Shown here: in pieces, positions 27,711 through 37,551 of the stretch
Position numbering within the stretch: position 1 is the stretch's first letter
Layout: each line of letters begins with the position of its first letter
From: Sedimentisphaerales bacterium
GTDB lineage: Bacteria; Planctomycetota; Phycisphaerae; Sedimentisphaerales; Anaerobacaceae
DNA: 64,000 bases
Assembly (NCBI GenBank): GCA_040772485.1
Contig: JAXGYC010000007.1
Coordinates: 320,001-384,000 of the forward strand
Direction: 5' to 3'
Position numbers and translations under genes: made by a program
The notes under the pieces: generated by a model
Database searches by the model: none
What the model was told of the DNA's origin: nothing
The model's input: only the letters and a program-made list of their open reading frames with translations

Positions 27711-29472
27711 AGAACAGGCCTCGCACTTTGCCTGTGTCGACGTCGACATCGATGCGGCGGAAGGCGGGATTGGAACCGGTGCCGGGCATCAGCCGGATCG
27801 AGCCGGCCACGGGGACGACGAAACCTGCCCCTTTGAACACGAGGATGTCACTGATCGGCAGCACCCAGCCCGTCGGACGCCCTTTACGCTCGGGATCGTG
27901 CGACAGGCTCAGTTGCGTCTTGGCCATGCAGGTGCCCAGTCGCGTGCCAAGGGACTGTGCTTCGAGCCGCTTGGCCTTGGCCAGCGCGTCATCGGTGTAG
28001 GTCACACCGTCCGCTCCGTAGACCTCCTTGGCGATCAGCTCGATACGTTGTCTCAGAGGCATTTTCAGGTCGTAGAGGAACTCAAAATCGTTCGGTTCGT
28101 TGCACGTCTCGATCACCACCTCGGCCAGTTCGACGGCTCCGGGCCCGCCCTTAAGCCAGTGCTCGGAACAGACGGCCCGCGCCCCGGCGGCCTCGGCGAC
28201 CCGGCGGACCAAGGCAATCTCCGCCGGCGAATCGGTGTGGAAGCTGTTGACGCAGACGATGGGCCGCACGCCGCTCTTCTTGATGATGTCAATGTGCGCC
28301 AGCAGATTGGCGCAGCCGGCTTCGACCAATCCGAGGTTCTCCGTGAGATACTCATGGCTCAGGGGCATACCGGGCTTGACCGCAGGCCCTCCGCCGTGCA
28401 TCTTGAGCGCGCGAATCGTGGCGACAAGCACCACGGCATCCGGCGCCAGCCCTGACATGCGACACTTGAGATTCCAGAACTTCTCGAAACCGATGTCGGC
28501 GCCGAACCCACTCTCCGTAATGTGGTACTCCGCCAGCCTGGTGCCCAGGCGGTCGGCAATGATGGAACTCTGGCCGATGGCGATGTTGGCGAACGGTCCG
28601 GCGTGAATAAAGACAGGCTGGCCTTCGAGAGTTTGCACCAGATTGGGGTTGATCGCGTCGATCAGCCAGGCGGTCATGGCGCCGTCCACCTCCAGATCCC
28701 TCGTGGTGACCTCGTGACCCTGCTTGTCATAGGCCACGACCATATGAGCAATCCGTTCTCGCAGGTCGCGCAGATCTGCCGCCACCGACAGAATCGCCAT
28801 GACCTCGCTGGCGACGGTCATCTGGAAGCCCGAGTCCATCTCGAAGCCATCCATCTTGGCGCCGCGGCCGATGCGGATGTTGCGGAGGCTCTGGGCGCAG
28901 AAGTCCATCGCCCAGCCAATCTGGATGCGATTCGGATCGACATCCAGACGCCTCAGGCCGCTCTGCGTCAGGCGGGCATCGTCGTAGTTCCGCTCGTGCT
29001 GCATCCGCGCGGTCAGAGCGACCATCGCCAGATTGTGGGCGTTGGTCACACAGTCGATGTCGCCGGTGAAGCGAATCGAGATGGGCGTCAGCGGAATGCA
29101 CTGGGCCAGGCCGCCGCCCGCGGCCGAACCCTTGATGTTGAACGTCGGCGCGCTGCTGGGCTGCCGAATCGCCCCGCAAACGCGTTTGCCCAGCACGCCA
29201 AGCCCCTGAATCAGGCCCAGCGTCGTGGTCGTCTTGCCCTCCCCCAGGGGCGTGGGCGTGATGGCCGTCACGTCAACGTATTTGGCACGGGGTGAATCGT
29301 TCAGACGATCCAGAACCCTGGCGTAATCCACCTTGGCGAGCTTGGCGCCGTGGGGAATCAACTCGTTGTCGCGCAGGCCCAGCTCGGATGCCAGCCGCCT
29401 GATCGGTTTGGCCCGATCTTCGGCTGCGTCCGCGATCTGCCAGTCCTGCATCCTTCGCGGGTCGAGATTCAT
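27709..29472 (-). CDS. fhs: Formate--tetrahydrofolate ligase
   Basis: [42 protein letters not shown] and [11 protein letters not shown]. Confidence 0.96.
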   Translation of the reverse strand: MNLDPRRMQDWQIADAAEDRAKPIRRLASELGLRDNELIPHGAKLAKVDYARVLDRLNDSPRAKYVDVTAITPTPLGEGKTTTTLGLIQGLGVLGKRVCGAIRQPSSAPTFNIKGSAAGGGLAQCIPLTPISIRFTGDIDCVTNAHNLAMVALTARMQHERNYDDARLTQSGLRRLDVDPNRIQIGWAMDFCAQSLRNIRIGRGAKMDGFEMDSGFQMTVASEVMAILSVAADLRDLRERIAHMVVAYDKQGHEVTTRDLEVDGAMTAWLIDAINPNLVQTLEGQPVFIHAGPFANIAIGQSSIIADRLGTRLAEYHITESGFGADIGFEKFWNLKCRMSGLAPDAVVLVATIRALKMHGGGPAVKPGMPLSHEYLTENLGLVEAGCANLLAHIDIIKKSGVRPIVCVNSFHTDSPAEIALVRRVAEAAGARAVCSEHWLKGGPGAVELAEVVIETCNEPNDFEFLYDLKMPLRQRIELIAKEVYGADGVTYTDDALAKAKRLEAQSLGTRLGTCMAKTQLSLSHDPERKGRPTGWVLPISDILVFKGAGFVVPVAGSIRLMPGTGSNPAFRRIDVDVDTGKVRGLF

Positions 29473-29683
29473 AGCTGCCAGTCAGGATCCCGTATCGCAT
29501 ATGCCTGCCCTTCTACTGGGGCTCAGTCTGCATATTATACCCGAAAACCGGTAAAATGGGTAATATCACAAAGCTGATCTTTATAACTATCTTGCTATCT
29601 GTCCGCGTAACGAGCAGAAAAAGGCCTTTCCCAGGCTCGACAGCCGGCGACGTCTCTCTCTGCGGAGACGTGCCTTCAAGGCC

Positions 29684-30976
29684 TCAGAGGACTATCTGCT
29701 CCCGGGCAGGATCAAAGCGGGCGACCTTGCCTTCCTTCCACGCAAGCATAGCCATTTGGAGGGCCGTCTGGACATGGTAGGCCAAATCCATTGGACTGGC
29801 GGTCTTCGTCGTTCGCGACCGGCAGCAGGTCAGGAAGTCGCGCCAATACTCGACGAAATCCTCGCCGTGGTCAATGGGCACCCGCTGTGGCTGCTTCTTG
29901 GACTCCTGAGCCGGCGTGAAGACGATATCGTTGCCCTGGATGGTGAGGGTGCCCTCCCAGCCTCGAACGATCGGAATCCGGCCGGGCGCCCCGCGAAAGC
30001 CCGTTCCCGTGTAGTCGTTGCCCTGCGTGCCCAGAACCGCCACGGTAATCGCTTCGGGGTAGTCAATCAGGATGTTGAATGTGTCGGGAATCTCGCGTTC
30101 ATCGTAGCGGAACTTGCCGCCTGTGGCGACGACAGTGCTCGGCATGGTCACGCCCAGCATGTGAATGACAGGCGTGAGGCTGTGCGGGAACAGGTCGGTG
30201 CTCGGTCCGCCCGCGTAGTCCTCGTACATCCGCCAGCGGAAGAACCGGCTGACGTCGAAGGGCTTCTTCGGAGCGTCGCCGAGAAAGGCGTCCCAGTTCA
30301 GGTCCGCTCCTGGCCTGGCGTTGGGGTCATCGATAGGCATGCCGCGTTCGCCCCAGTCGCCGACGCGGAAATAGCCACACTCGGCGTGGATCGGTTTGCC
30401 GATAAGCCCGTCCTCGATCAGCTTTCGCATTTGATGCCAGGCGCTGTCGCGCATTCCCTGGCTGCCCAACTGGAAGACGCGGCCCGACTTGCGGACTTCT
30501 TCCGCCAGCCGCTTGGTCAGCTCGAACTGACGCCAGTGCGTGACGGGCTTTTCGCAGTAGACGTCCTTGCCCGCTTTGACGGCGTCGATCGCCTGGTACC
30601 CATGCACGTGGTCCGGCGTCGCAATGCAGACCACGTCTACATTCGGATCGGCCAGCAGCTCGCGATGGTCCATGTAGGCCTTGCCCCCGTAGCCTTCGAC
30701 GCGATGCTTCAGGCGAGGCCGATACGCATCGCAAGCCGCGACGATCTCCACCGCTTCGTTGCCCTGCGTCTTGAGCCAGTGCACCGCCTGAAAGTGCGCC
30801 CCGCTTCGTCCGCCGCAACCGATGAACCCCACACCAATCCGATCGTTAGCGCCTCTGGCGGTCGAGGGGATGAACGATGCGGTCGCCACCCCAGCCGCCG
30901 CGATGCCGCCTGCTTCTCGCAGGAACCGCCGACGGCTAAACCGGCCTCTTTCAATCGAGTCCGTCCTATTTTTCAT
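29684..30976 (-). CDS. Tat-exported Gfo/Idh/MocA oxidoreductase
   Basis: SRRRFLR Tat motif, IGCGGR, ATPDHVH and DVYCEKP. Confidence 0.9.
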   Translation of the reverse strand: MKNRTDSIERGRFSRRRFLREAGGIAAAGVATASFIPSTARGANDRIGVGFIGCGGRSGAHFQAVHWLKTQGNEAVEIVAACDAYRPRLKHRVEGYGGKAYMDHRELLADPNVDVVCIATPDHVHGYQAIDAVKAGKDVYCEKPVTHWRQFELTKRLAEEVRKSGRVFQLGSQGMRDSAWHQMRKLIEDGLIGKPIHAECGYFRVGDWGERGMPIDDPNARPGADLNWDAFLGDAPKKPFDVSRFFRWRMYEDYAGGPSTDLFPHSLTPVIHMLGVTMPSTVVATGGKFRYDEREIPDTFNILIDYPEAITVAVLGTQGNDYTGTGFRGAPGRIPIVRGWEGTLTIQGNDIVFTPAQESKKQPQRVPIDHGEDFVEYWRDFLTCCRSRTTKTASPMDLAYHVQTALQMAMLAWKEGKVARFDPAREQIVL

Positions 30977-31952
30977 CTCGTTCTGCTCCTTCCATTGGGT
31001 TGGACGCCTGAGAATCGCTACTCTTGAACCACTGGTAGGCTTGATCGATCTGATCCCGATCTGCTTTGCCATCCCACGCCACGATCGCATAGCGCAACAC
31101 GAGTTTGTCTCCCGTATCCAACAAGAGAGGTTCTTCGTGCAGATTCAGCGTCGCCGACATATAGGCGAAGGGCTTGGCCATCATGAACCATGTCGTCGCA
31201 TGGCGAGGGTTGCCCGGGTCTCCCAGCATGGCCACCGTGACGGGCTGGCCATCGACGGCCGCCGTGTAAGCACACCAATCTGAGCGGACGAGCCGCTCTT
31301 CACCCCGGAAGATAGTCCCTTCCTTGCCGTCGGCATTGAAGAACTCGCCCCCGTCCATAGCGTGGACGAACCTCATGCCGAGGCCAAAATAGTGTGATCC
31401 GGAGAGGGTCGCGGTGCGTCGGGGTCTTGGGTTGGTCAACTCACTTCGCCAGGTGACCACCGTGGCCCGTGATTCATCAATGCCATAGACTCTGATGAAT
31501 CGCGATTCGTGCAACTCGGTCCAACGACTGGTCGGGCTCACCCTAGCCCAAGACAAGCCCGTGAAGAAACCTATGCAAGGCTCGCTCTGATCCTTGTTGT
31601 GACTGATGGTCACAAGGCCACTCGACTCCTGCCGGCCAGCCGTGGGAGTCTCCTCCCAGAAATTCAGGTCGTTGACGGCTACCGCGAACATCAAACCGTG
31701 GTGGTGAAGATGATCATGCGGCGCGTCGAGCAGGACGTTCAGCCCCCCGGGCGTGACGAGCTTGCTGACGTAGGGTTTGAACGGGACGTCGTCATACCGA
31801 TATTCGAGCACCTCGGCGGCGCCTGCCAGGACCGAAATGCGGTTGGCATCAACAACGGTCCGCAACGGCTCGGCCATGACAACGTTTGAAGGGATACTCA
31901 GCCCAATCAGTATGGCACAGGCGACGCCCGCTGAAATGCTCTGGCTGCGCAT
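30966..31952 (-). CDS. Secreted PmoA-like/DUF6807 family protein
   Basis: Signal peptide; KPY...TPGG, DHLHHHGLMF, YFGLGMRF, WCAY and NPRHATTWF pattern. Confidence 0.7.
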   Translation of the reverse strand: MRSQSISAGVACAILIGLSIPSNVVMAEPLRTVVDANRISVLAGAAEVLEYRYDDVPFKPYVSKLVTPGGLNVLLDAPHDHLHHHGLMFAVAVNDLNFWEETPTAGRQESSGLVTISHNKDQSEPCIGFFTGLSWARVSPTSRWTELHESRFIRVYGIDESRATVVTWRSELTNPRPRRTATLSGSHYFGLGMRFVHAMDGGEFFNADGKEGTIFRGEERLVRSDWCAYTAAVDGQPVTVAMLGDPGNPRHATTWFMMAKPFAYMSATLNLHEEPLLLDTGDKLVLRYAIVAWDGKADRDQIDQAYQWFKSSDSQASNPMEGAERDEK

Positions 31953-31972
31953 AGCTCGGCCCTCTCGCTCTC

Positions 31973-32797
31973 CTAGACGAATTGCTTGAGATGCTTGATG
32001 CTGCGTTCGGCCTGCTCGACCGTGCCGCACTCGACGCTCAGGACGATGTCGCGAGGGGCTTTCCGGCAGACCGCGATCACTTTCTTCCAATCAATCACCC
32101 CGTCGCCGCACGCACAACCGGCCGGCGTGCCGGTGACCTTGCCTCGCTCGGCCTTAGAGTGTTGGATGGAAATGTCCTTGGCGTGCAGGTGGACGAGCCT
32201 GTCCCTGACGTGCTCCAACCAGACAATCGGATCGTGGCCGCTCAGATAGGAGTTGCCGGTGTCGAAATTGACACCGAGGGCGGGCGAATCCACGAGGCCC
32301 ACAATGCGGTCGAGGCCGGCCGGCGTCTTGCTGTACTGCTGATGGGGCTCGATCCCAATCAGAATGCCGCGGTTCTCGGCGAATCCCGCCGCCTCCGTCA
32401 ACGTGTACTTCATCAGCACGTGGTCTTCCTGCCGCGTAGTCCAGCGGGGCTTGGGCCCCTCGTCTGTGTTCACCACGGGCGCACCGCACTCGGCGGCGAA
32501 GCGAATCGCCTGCTTGAGGTAATTGCCGCTGACGTCCGGGCGGCACAGCGCCGTGTGCGACGACAGTCCCGAGAGCTTCACGCCGGCTTTCTCGCAGGCC
32601 CGCCGGACACGGTACGGGTCCTCGGACATGGAGATCGTCATGTAGTAGCCGGCTTCGCTCATCAGCTCCCGGCCCAGATGAACCCAGGGCTCAATGTATT
32701 CATAGCCCAGTTCGGCCGCCTTCTCGACGCCCCATTCGAAGGACTTGTCCGCGTGACGGACGAACTCCATGTTCACGCCGATTCCTACCTTACCCAT
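31973..32797 (-). CDS. Sugar phosphate isomerase/epimerase (AP-endonuclease-2 TIM barrel)
   Basis: IEPH, NFDTGN, HLHAKD, GDGVIDW and SVE metal-binding pattern. Confidence 0.88.
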   Translation of the reverse strand: MGKVGIGVNMEFVRHADKSFEWGVEKAAELGYEYIEPWVHLGRELMSEAGYYMTISMSEDPYRVRRACEKAGVKLSGLSSHTALCRPDVSGNYLKQAIRFAAECGAPVVNTDEGPKPRWTTRQEDHVLMKYTLTEAAGFAENRGILIGIEPHQQYSKTPAGLDRIVGLVDSPALGVNFDTGNSYLSGHDPIVWLEHVRDRLVHLHAKDISIQHSKAERGKVTGTPAGCACGDGVIDWKKVIAVCRKAPRDIVLSVECGTVEQAERSIKHLKQFV

Positions 32798-32879
32798 GTG
32801 TGAGTCTCCTTAGCAGTATGAACAGAACGCCGTATCTCCACACGTCACAACATGCCGGACCCGTACCACTACGCGCTCT

Positions 32880-32907
32880 GTAGGGGCGAATGATGATTCG
32901 CCCCTAC
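32880..32907. repeat. REP palindrome, GTAG family
   Basis: GTAGGGGCGAAT-GATG-ATTCGCCCCTAC: perfect 12-bp arms. Confidence 0.85.
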
Positions 32908-32911
32908 TGGG

Positions 32912-34237
32912 TCACGACAAACTGCGCAGCCACTCGATCAGGCCGGGCAGTTGCTCCAGACTGAGAAACGTCACCGACAACGCCGCGATCACCCACATCG
33001 CCGGCTTGATCTGCCTGACCCGGCCCGAAACCAGATTGATCACCACGAACGAAACAAAGCCAAACGCCAGACCCGTGCTGATGCTGTAACTCAGCGCGAT
33101 CATCACAATGATGATGAACGACGGAAACGCCTCCGCCAGGTCGCCGAATTCGATTCGCTGGACCTCTTTGACCATGAAAAGGCCGACCATGATCAGAGCC
33201 GGCGCGGTGGCGTACTTGGGGACGACGGCCACCACCGGAATAAAGAGCAGGGCCGCGAGAAACAGGATTCCGGTCACGACCGCCGTCAGGCCGGAACGCC
33301 CGCCCTGCTCGATGCCCGAGGCCGACTCGGCAAACGAGGTCGTCGTGGAGGTGCCCAGCAGGGCGCCGACCATCGTCGCGGCTGCATCGACCCCCAGCAA
33401 CCGGTCCAGACCCCGAATCCTGCCCCGCTCGTCGAGCATGTCCGCCTTGTGGCAGCAGGCCACCAGCGTCCCGATGCTGTCGAACATGTCGACGAACATC
33501 AGCGTGAAGATGCTGCCCATGAAGCTCCACTTCAGCGCGCCGAGGACATTCAGCTTGAAGGCAATGGGACGGATGTTTACGTCGAAAGAGATCACCCGCT
33601 CGGGCAAAGCCACCTGTCCGGTGGCCGCCGCCAGCAGGGTCGAGACCGCGATGCCGATCAGCAGCGAGCCGCGAACGTTGCGGCTCTCCAGGAAAATCAT
33701 CGTGAGCAACCCGGCCAGGCCGATCAGCACCTTGGGGGTGATCGGGCCGGCCGAAACCATCGTGAACGGATTGGCCACCACGATGCCCAGGTCGGTCAGC
33801 CCGATGAACGTGATGAACAGCCCGATCCCGACCCCGATCGCCGAGATCAGCGAGATGGGGATCGCCTCGACGATTTTCTTGCGGAGCCCGACCAGTGTCA
33901 ACAACAGGAAGAAGAGGCCCGACAGGAACACCACCCCCAGCGCCGTCTGCCAGTCCATCTTCCCCGAGACCACCAACAGCGCAAAGATCGAGTTGAGCCC
34001 CAGGCCGGGAGCCATCGCGATCGGTGCGTTGCCGATCAGGCCCGCCGCGATGGTCGACAGGGCCGAGATCAGACAGGTGACCGCAATCAGAGCGGTCTTG
34101 TCCATCCCAGTCGGCTCCAGAATGTTGGGGTGGGTGAAGATGATGTAGGCCATCGTCAGGAACGTGGTGGCCCCGGCGACCGCCTCGATCCGCACGTTCG
34201 TCCGTCGCTTGTCGAGCTCGAAGTAATCCCTTGGCAT
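32912..34237 (-). CDS. NCS2/AzgA-family nucleobase (purine) permease
   Basis: AGATTFLTMAYII, APGLGLN, DMFDSIGTL and ESASGIEQGGRSGLT. Start at MPRDYFELD; the ORF-track extension runs through the tRNA and is spurious. Confidence 0.92.
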   Translation of the reverse strand: MPRDYFELDKRRTNVRIEAVAGATTFLTMAYIIFTHPNILEPTGMDKTALIAVTCLISALSTIAAGLIGNAPIAMAPGLGLNSIFALLVVSGKMDWQTALGVVFLSGLFFLLLTLVGLRKKIVEAIPISLISAIGVGIGLFITFIGLTDLGIVVANPFTMVSAGPITPKVLIGLAGLLTMIFLESRNVRGSLLIGIAVSTLLAAATGQVALPERVISFDVNIRPIAFKLNVLGALKWSFMGSIFTLMFVDMFDSIGTLVACCHKADMLDERGRIRGLDRLLGVDAAATMVGALLGTSTTTSFAESASGIEQGGRSGLTAVVTGILFLAALLFIPVVAVVPKYATAPALIMVGLFMVKEVQRIEFGDLAEAFPSFIIIVMIALSYSISTGLAFGFVSFVVINLVSGRVRQIKPAMWVIAALSVTFLSLEQLPGLIEWLRSLS

Positions 34238-34262
34238 TTCGCCCCTCGTCAGCTCGTAGTGT

Positions 34263-34304
34263 GCCCGTGAGGGCATAATGTCTATACCACGCCCGTGAGG
34301 GCAT
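34263..34304. repeat. 14-bp direct repeat GCCCGTGAGGGCAT x2, each copy a mini-hairpin
   Basis: Copies at 34263-34276 and 34291-34304. A related hairpin ACGCC-TCAC-GGCGT lies at 34316-34329. Confidence 0.8.
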
Positions 34305-34345
34305 GCCGGAACGCAACGCCTCACGGCGTCACTACAAACGACCAA

Positions 34346-34428
34346 TGCGAGCGAGAGGAGTCGAACCTCCACGTCCGAAGGACACCAGGACCTAAACCTG
34401 GCGCGTCTGCCAATTCCGCCACGCTCGC
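34346..34428 (-). tRNA. tRNA-Leu (anticodon TAG), CCA not encoded
   Basis: GCGAGCG acceptor stem, TGGCGGAATTGGCAGACGC D-arm, CCAGG-TTTAGGT-CCTGG anticodon arm, long variable arm, GGTTCGACTCC T-arm. Confidence 0.96.
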
Positions 34429-34443
34429 GACGGAGCGCGCCCA

Positions 34444-35262
34444 TTATGCCTCGCGGGACGCGGGCGGGCAACCGAAATCCGGCCCCACCTTCCGGCGTCG
34501 TGGGGCGAGGCTGCGACGCCAGATCACGGCCAGGACCACCAGCCAGGGCAAGGTAGTAATACACATGAACGTCAGCAGCGGCGCCGGCACGCGTCCGACC
34601 GCGCGAAGGACCAGGCCGCCCACGACGACGTAGGCGTTGCCCCAGGCCTCCGCGCGAAAGAAGGCCACCGGCGTCTCGGGATTGCCGATGAACGGACGCA
34701 GGACCCACCCCATCTGGACCCCCACGAAGGCGTAGAGGACGAACCAGGCCCAGAGCAGAAGCCGATGCCTCGGCTCACGATGGATCAAGGGGCGATAGTA
34801 CCGTCGGACGACGATCTGGGCGGCGAACGTGGCAAGGCCGAACATGACCATGTTGAACAGGATGGCCAACCCATAGTCGGCGTACGAAACATACCAGAAC
34901 GCCGTGATGGGCGCCAGCGCGGCCAGGACGATCGTGACACATGATTGCGTCGCGACGAGAGCCCGCAAAGCCTGGGCGAAATCGTCGCGCAGTCCGGCCA
35001 GCGTGTTGACCACAAAGAAGCTGGGCAGACACAGTACAAACGTCGCCAGCAGCAGCAAAGGCACCTTGACGCCGGAGTAGAGCAACTGGTGCAGACGTCC
35101 GGCCTTCAGGCCGCTGTACGTCCCCATCACCGCGCCGTAGAACAGGCCACAGGCAAGCAGAAGGAGCAACAGCCAGCGCAGACGACCCATCAGGGGCGCA
35201 TCGACCGCGAAGATGCCTCTGCCACGCAGAAAATCGTCTACTGCCCGGCCGAACGTGCGCAT
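34444..35262 (-). CDS. Uncharacterised multi-pass membrane protein (QMGWVLRPFIG family), paralogue 2
   Basis: Five to six TM helices with KVPLL...LCLPSF and FVGVQMGWVLRPFIG. Start overlaps the upstream stop (TGATG). Confidence 0.75.
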   Translation of the reverse strand: MRTFGRAVDDFLRGRGIFAVDAPLMGRLRWLLLLLLACGLFYGAVMGTYSGLKAGRLHQLLYSGVKVPLLLLATFVLCLPSFFVVNTLAGLRDDFAQALRALVATQSCVTIVLAALAPITAFWYVSYADYGLAILFNMVMFGLATFAAQIVVRRYYRPLIHREPRHRLLLWAWFVLYAFVGVQMGWVLRPFIGNPETPVAFFRAEAWGNAYVVVGGLVLRAVGRVPAPLLTFMCITTLPWLVVLAVIWRRSLAPRRRKVGPDFGCPPASREA

Positions 35263-36053
35263 CAGGCACCAAATAGCTCGCCGATCGTATGGACCAGATC
35301 GAGAAAGATGTTGGCTTCGCGGGCGCGAAACCACTGGAATGGTATGTCCGGAGCACCGATGAACGGACGCAACACCCAGCCCATCTGGGCGCCCACCAGG
35401 CCGTAGATCACCAGCCAGACGCGAAACGTCGTGCCCGCCAGGTCCCCAGACCGCACGGAGACGAGAGGCTTAGCCGGTACGTCAAGGCTCGATGGCTCGG
35501 CGGCTTGGCCGTTGGGGGCGGGATTCTGAACCACGCTCGCAGGTCCCCTCTGCGCCGCGTCCAGTCGGGCCAGCATGGTCAGCAGGACTTTGAGACCGAT
35601 GATTCCCGATAGCGCGAAGAACAGAAAGTTCAGCAGTTTCATGAACGGATAGCTGGAGGTGCTGAGGGTGAAGAAACCGGTAATGGGTCCCAGCGAAGCG
35701 AGCACCGCCAGATTGGCCGAGACAGGCGCCAGGATCAGACGCAGCGTGTCCTTGGGGCCCAACCGAACACCCAATAGCGCGCTGAAGACGTACAGCGACG
35801 GAAAGGTGATGACAAGCGTCAGAATGAAAAGGATCGGCACCTTGACCGCTGACGCAAACATCTGGGCGAAACAGGGTGGCGTGCGAGTCAGCACGGCATA
35901 CAGCCCCATGAACACACCATAGACGACCCCGAGCCCGATGGAGACGACCACAAGCGGCTTGATCTGAATGTGCGCCATGCCCCCGGCCAGAAGCCGGGCG
36001 TCCCCTTTGTGCCCGCGCAGGACCTCGTCCAACTCCTTCAACCACTGAATCAT
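35262..36053 (-). CDS. Uncharacterised multi-pass membrane protein (QMGWVLRPFIG family), paralogue 1
   Basis: KVPILF...ITFPSLY, PITGFF and LVGAQMGWVLRPFIG. GGAAAGG upstream of MIQWLKE. Confidence 0.75.
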   Translation of the reverse strand: MIQWLKELDEVLRGHKGDARLLAGGMAHIQIKPLVVVSIGLGVVYGVFMGLYAVLTRTPPCFAQMFASAVKVPILFILTLVITFPSLYVFSALLGVRLGPKDTLRLILAPVSANLAVLASLGPITGFFTLSTSSYPFMKLLNFLFFALSGIIGLKVLLTMLARLDAAQRGPASVVQNPAPNGQAAEPSSLDVPAKPLVSVRSGDLAGTTFRVWLVIYGLVGAQMGWVLRPFIGAPDIPFQWFRAREANIFLDLVHTIGELFGA

Positions 36054-36141
36054 CGCTACTGCCCTTTCCGAGGAGTACTGGCCCACCTGCCCCGTCCCAG
36101 CCGCTCATTGAATGCCGGAGGAGCCCTCTCTCAGTCCACGC

Positions 36142-37296
36142 TCAATCCGCCTCGATCGAGATGCCGTTCTGCTGGCCCAGACGCACTTCAACCTCGTCGA
36201 TATCCTTGGCATCCGTGATGCTGTCGGCATCGACGTCGCCTGTCAGTGGCGAGGCGCATCCGGCGACCTCCGGACCATTGAGGATCGCGCCGTAGATGTC
36301 CCAATTGCCGTTGCGGTAGTCCTGCCATACCACGACATACGCCTTCAGCCAGGGGCTGAAGGTGATGGCCGGGTGAGTCTGATCGGCGCCCTGCGAGACG
36401 ATGGGAAACGCGGCCTTGGTGGTCAGATTGCAGCCGTAGATGTCCCAGTTGCCGTTGCGGCGATCCTGCCAGACCACCACGTTGTTGTAGACATCCGGAT
36501 TCGAAGCCTCGACCGGACCCTCGGAACCCAGCAGCGCCGGCAGACGAGGATCAAAAACGTTGTCGCCTCCCGTAACGGCGGTCCCTTCGCCCTGATCCTG
36601 CCAGACAACCCACTTGCCGGCAATCGCGGGTGACTGGCACGGCCCAACCACGCTGCGCACCGGAAACCAGGCAGCGTCATCCGGATCGGACAGATCCCAG
36701 CCGCTGATGTAGGAGACCCCATTGAAGACGTCCTCGTAAACAACGATGTCACCGTCAACATCCGGACGCCACTGATCTTCCGCGTTTCGATCGATCCAGA
36801 ACGGCTGTGCGTTGGCGCGATCCGTTATGTCGACGCCGAGAATGTCCCAGCCGGCGTGTGCCGTCATCCGGCTTTGCGCGACCACCAGATTGCCGGAGAC
36901 GGCCGGACTGCACTCGTCCGCCGCGCTCTCGATGACGGTGAAGAACGTCTCGGTGGAAAGATCGAGACCGACGATGTCGCAGTCGTCGAACAGAAAAAAC
37001 TTGTTCTGCCAGACGACCACATTGCCGGACACCGCCGGATACTGCGATTCGCTCAACATGTCCGCGAGCGTCAAGGGATTGACGCTGCCCGGATAGGAAA
37101 TGTCGGCCAGCGCAATGTCCCAGTCACCGTTGCGATTGGTCTGCCAGACCACAGTGCAGTCATCGATGGCCGGGAACTGCTGGTGCCCCGGCTCGCCGGC
37201 GATGGGAAACGTCTCGAAGGCCGCCGCTGCCGAAGCAATCAGGAAGCCGAACAATGTGATGATGACTCCGCTGCGTCTGTTGCGCTGCTCCAACAT
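36142..37296 (-). CDS. Secreted beta-propeller repeat protein with C-terminal dockerin-like motif
   Basis: Signal peptide; about seven repeats of PAxxGxxVVWQDxRNGNWDIYG; C-terminal GCASPLTGDVDADSITDAKD. Confidence 0.75.
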   Translation of the reverse strand: MLEQRNRRSGVIITLFGFLIASAAAAFETFPIAGEPGHQQFPAIDDCTVVWQTNRNGDWDIALADISYPGSVNPLTLADMLSESQYPAVSGNVVVWQNKFFLFDDCDIVGLDLSTETFFTVIESAADECSPAVSGNLVVAQSRMTAHAGWDILGVDITDRANAQPFWIDRNAEDQWRPDVDGDIVVYEDVFNGVSYISGWDLSDPDDAAWFPVRSVVGPCQSPAIAGKWVVWQDQGEGTAVTGGDNVFDPRLPALLGSEGPVEASNPDVYNNVVVWQDRRNGNWDIYGCNLTTKAAFPIVSQGADQTHPAITFSPWLKAYVVVWQDYRNGNWDIYGAILNGPEVAGCASPLTGDVDADSITDAKDIDEVEVRLGQQNGISIEAD

Positions 37297-37457
37297 GGTT
37301 TCTCCCCTTCCTGTGAAAGCCGCACTTGCTTCCGCCCTCCGCAGTCGGGCTTCTCGCCGTCTTGCGACCACACGCCGACGCGGGGTCAATGCCATTATAG
37401 CCTTCTCTTCCCCTGGATTCAATGGCCTCGACGGCTCCTGATGGACATCAGGATTGG

Positions 37458-37530
37458 CCCTATAGGTCCTGTGCGTCGTATGGGTCCCATAGCAGCAACA
37501 GGACCAATGGGACCGATAGGACCTATGGGA
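37458..37530. repeat. Imperfect palindrome built from 9-bp units (ATAGGACCT/ATGGGACC type)
   Basis: CCCTATAGGTCCTGTGCGTCGTATGGGTCCC is roughly the reverse complement of AGGACCAATGGGACCGATAGGACCTATGGGA. Intergenic, downstream of xseB. Confidence 0.7.
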
Positions 37531-37551
37531 GACGCCGCGACATGACAGATG

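Noticed and set aside
26724..29472. fhs-folD as evidence of a Wood-Ljungdahl pathway
   Set aside because: Both genes are common in general C1 metabolism; no acs, CODH or metF genes are in the window.
29473..29600. ZTP (pfl) or THF riboswitch upstream of fhs
   Set aside because: Only a short GACTGGC match right next to the start codon; the remaining conserved elements and pseudoknot partner are absent.
30966..31952. Particulate methane monooxygenase subunit
   Set aside because: The 'PmoA-like' family name is misleading: this is a soluble secreted protein in a sugar operon, with no pmoB or pmoC.
34346..34428. tRNA-Leu as an integration site
   Set aside because: No duplicated tRNA 3' end and no integrase were seen in the window; the flanking genes look like backbone.
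34238..34708. N-terminal extension of the NCS2 permease in the ORF track
   Set aside because: It runs through tRNA-Leu and the upstream gene; family similarity begins at MPRDYFELD.
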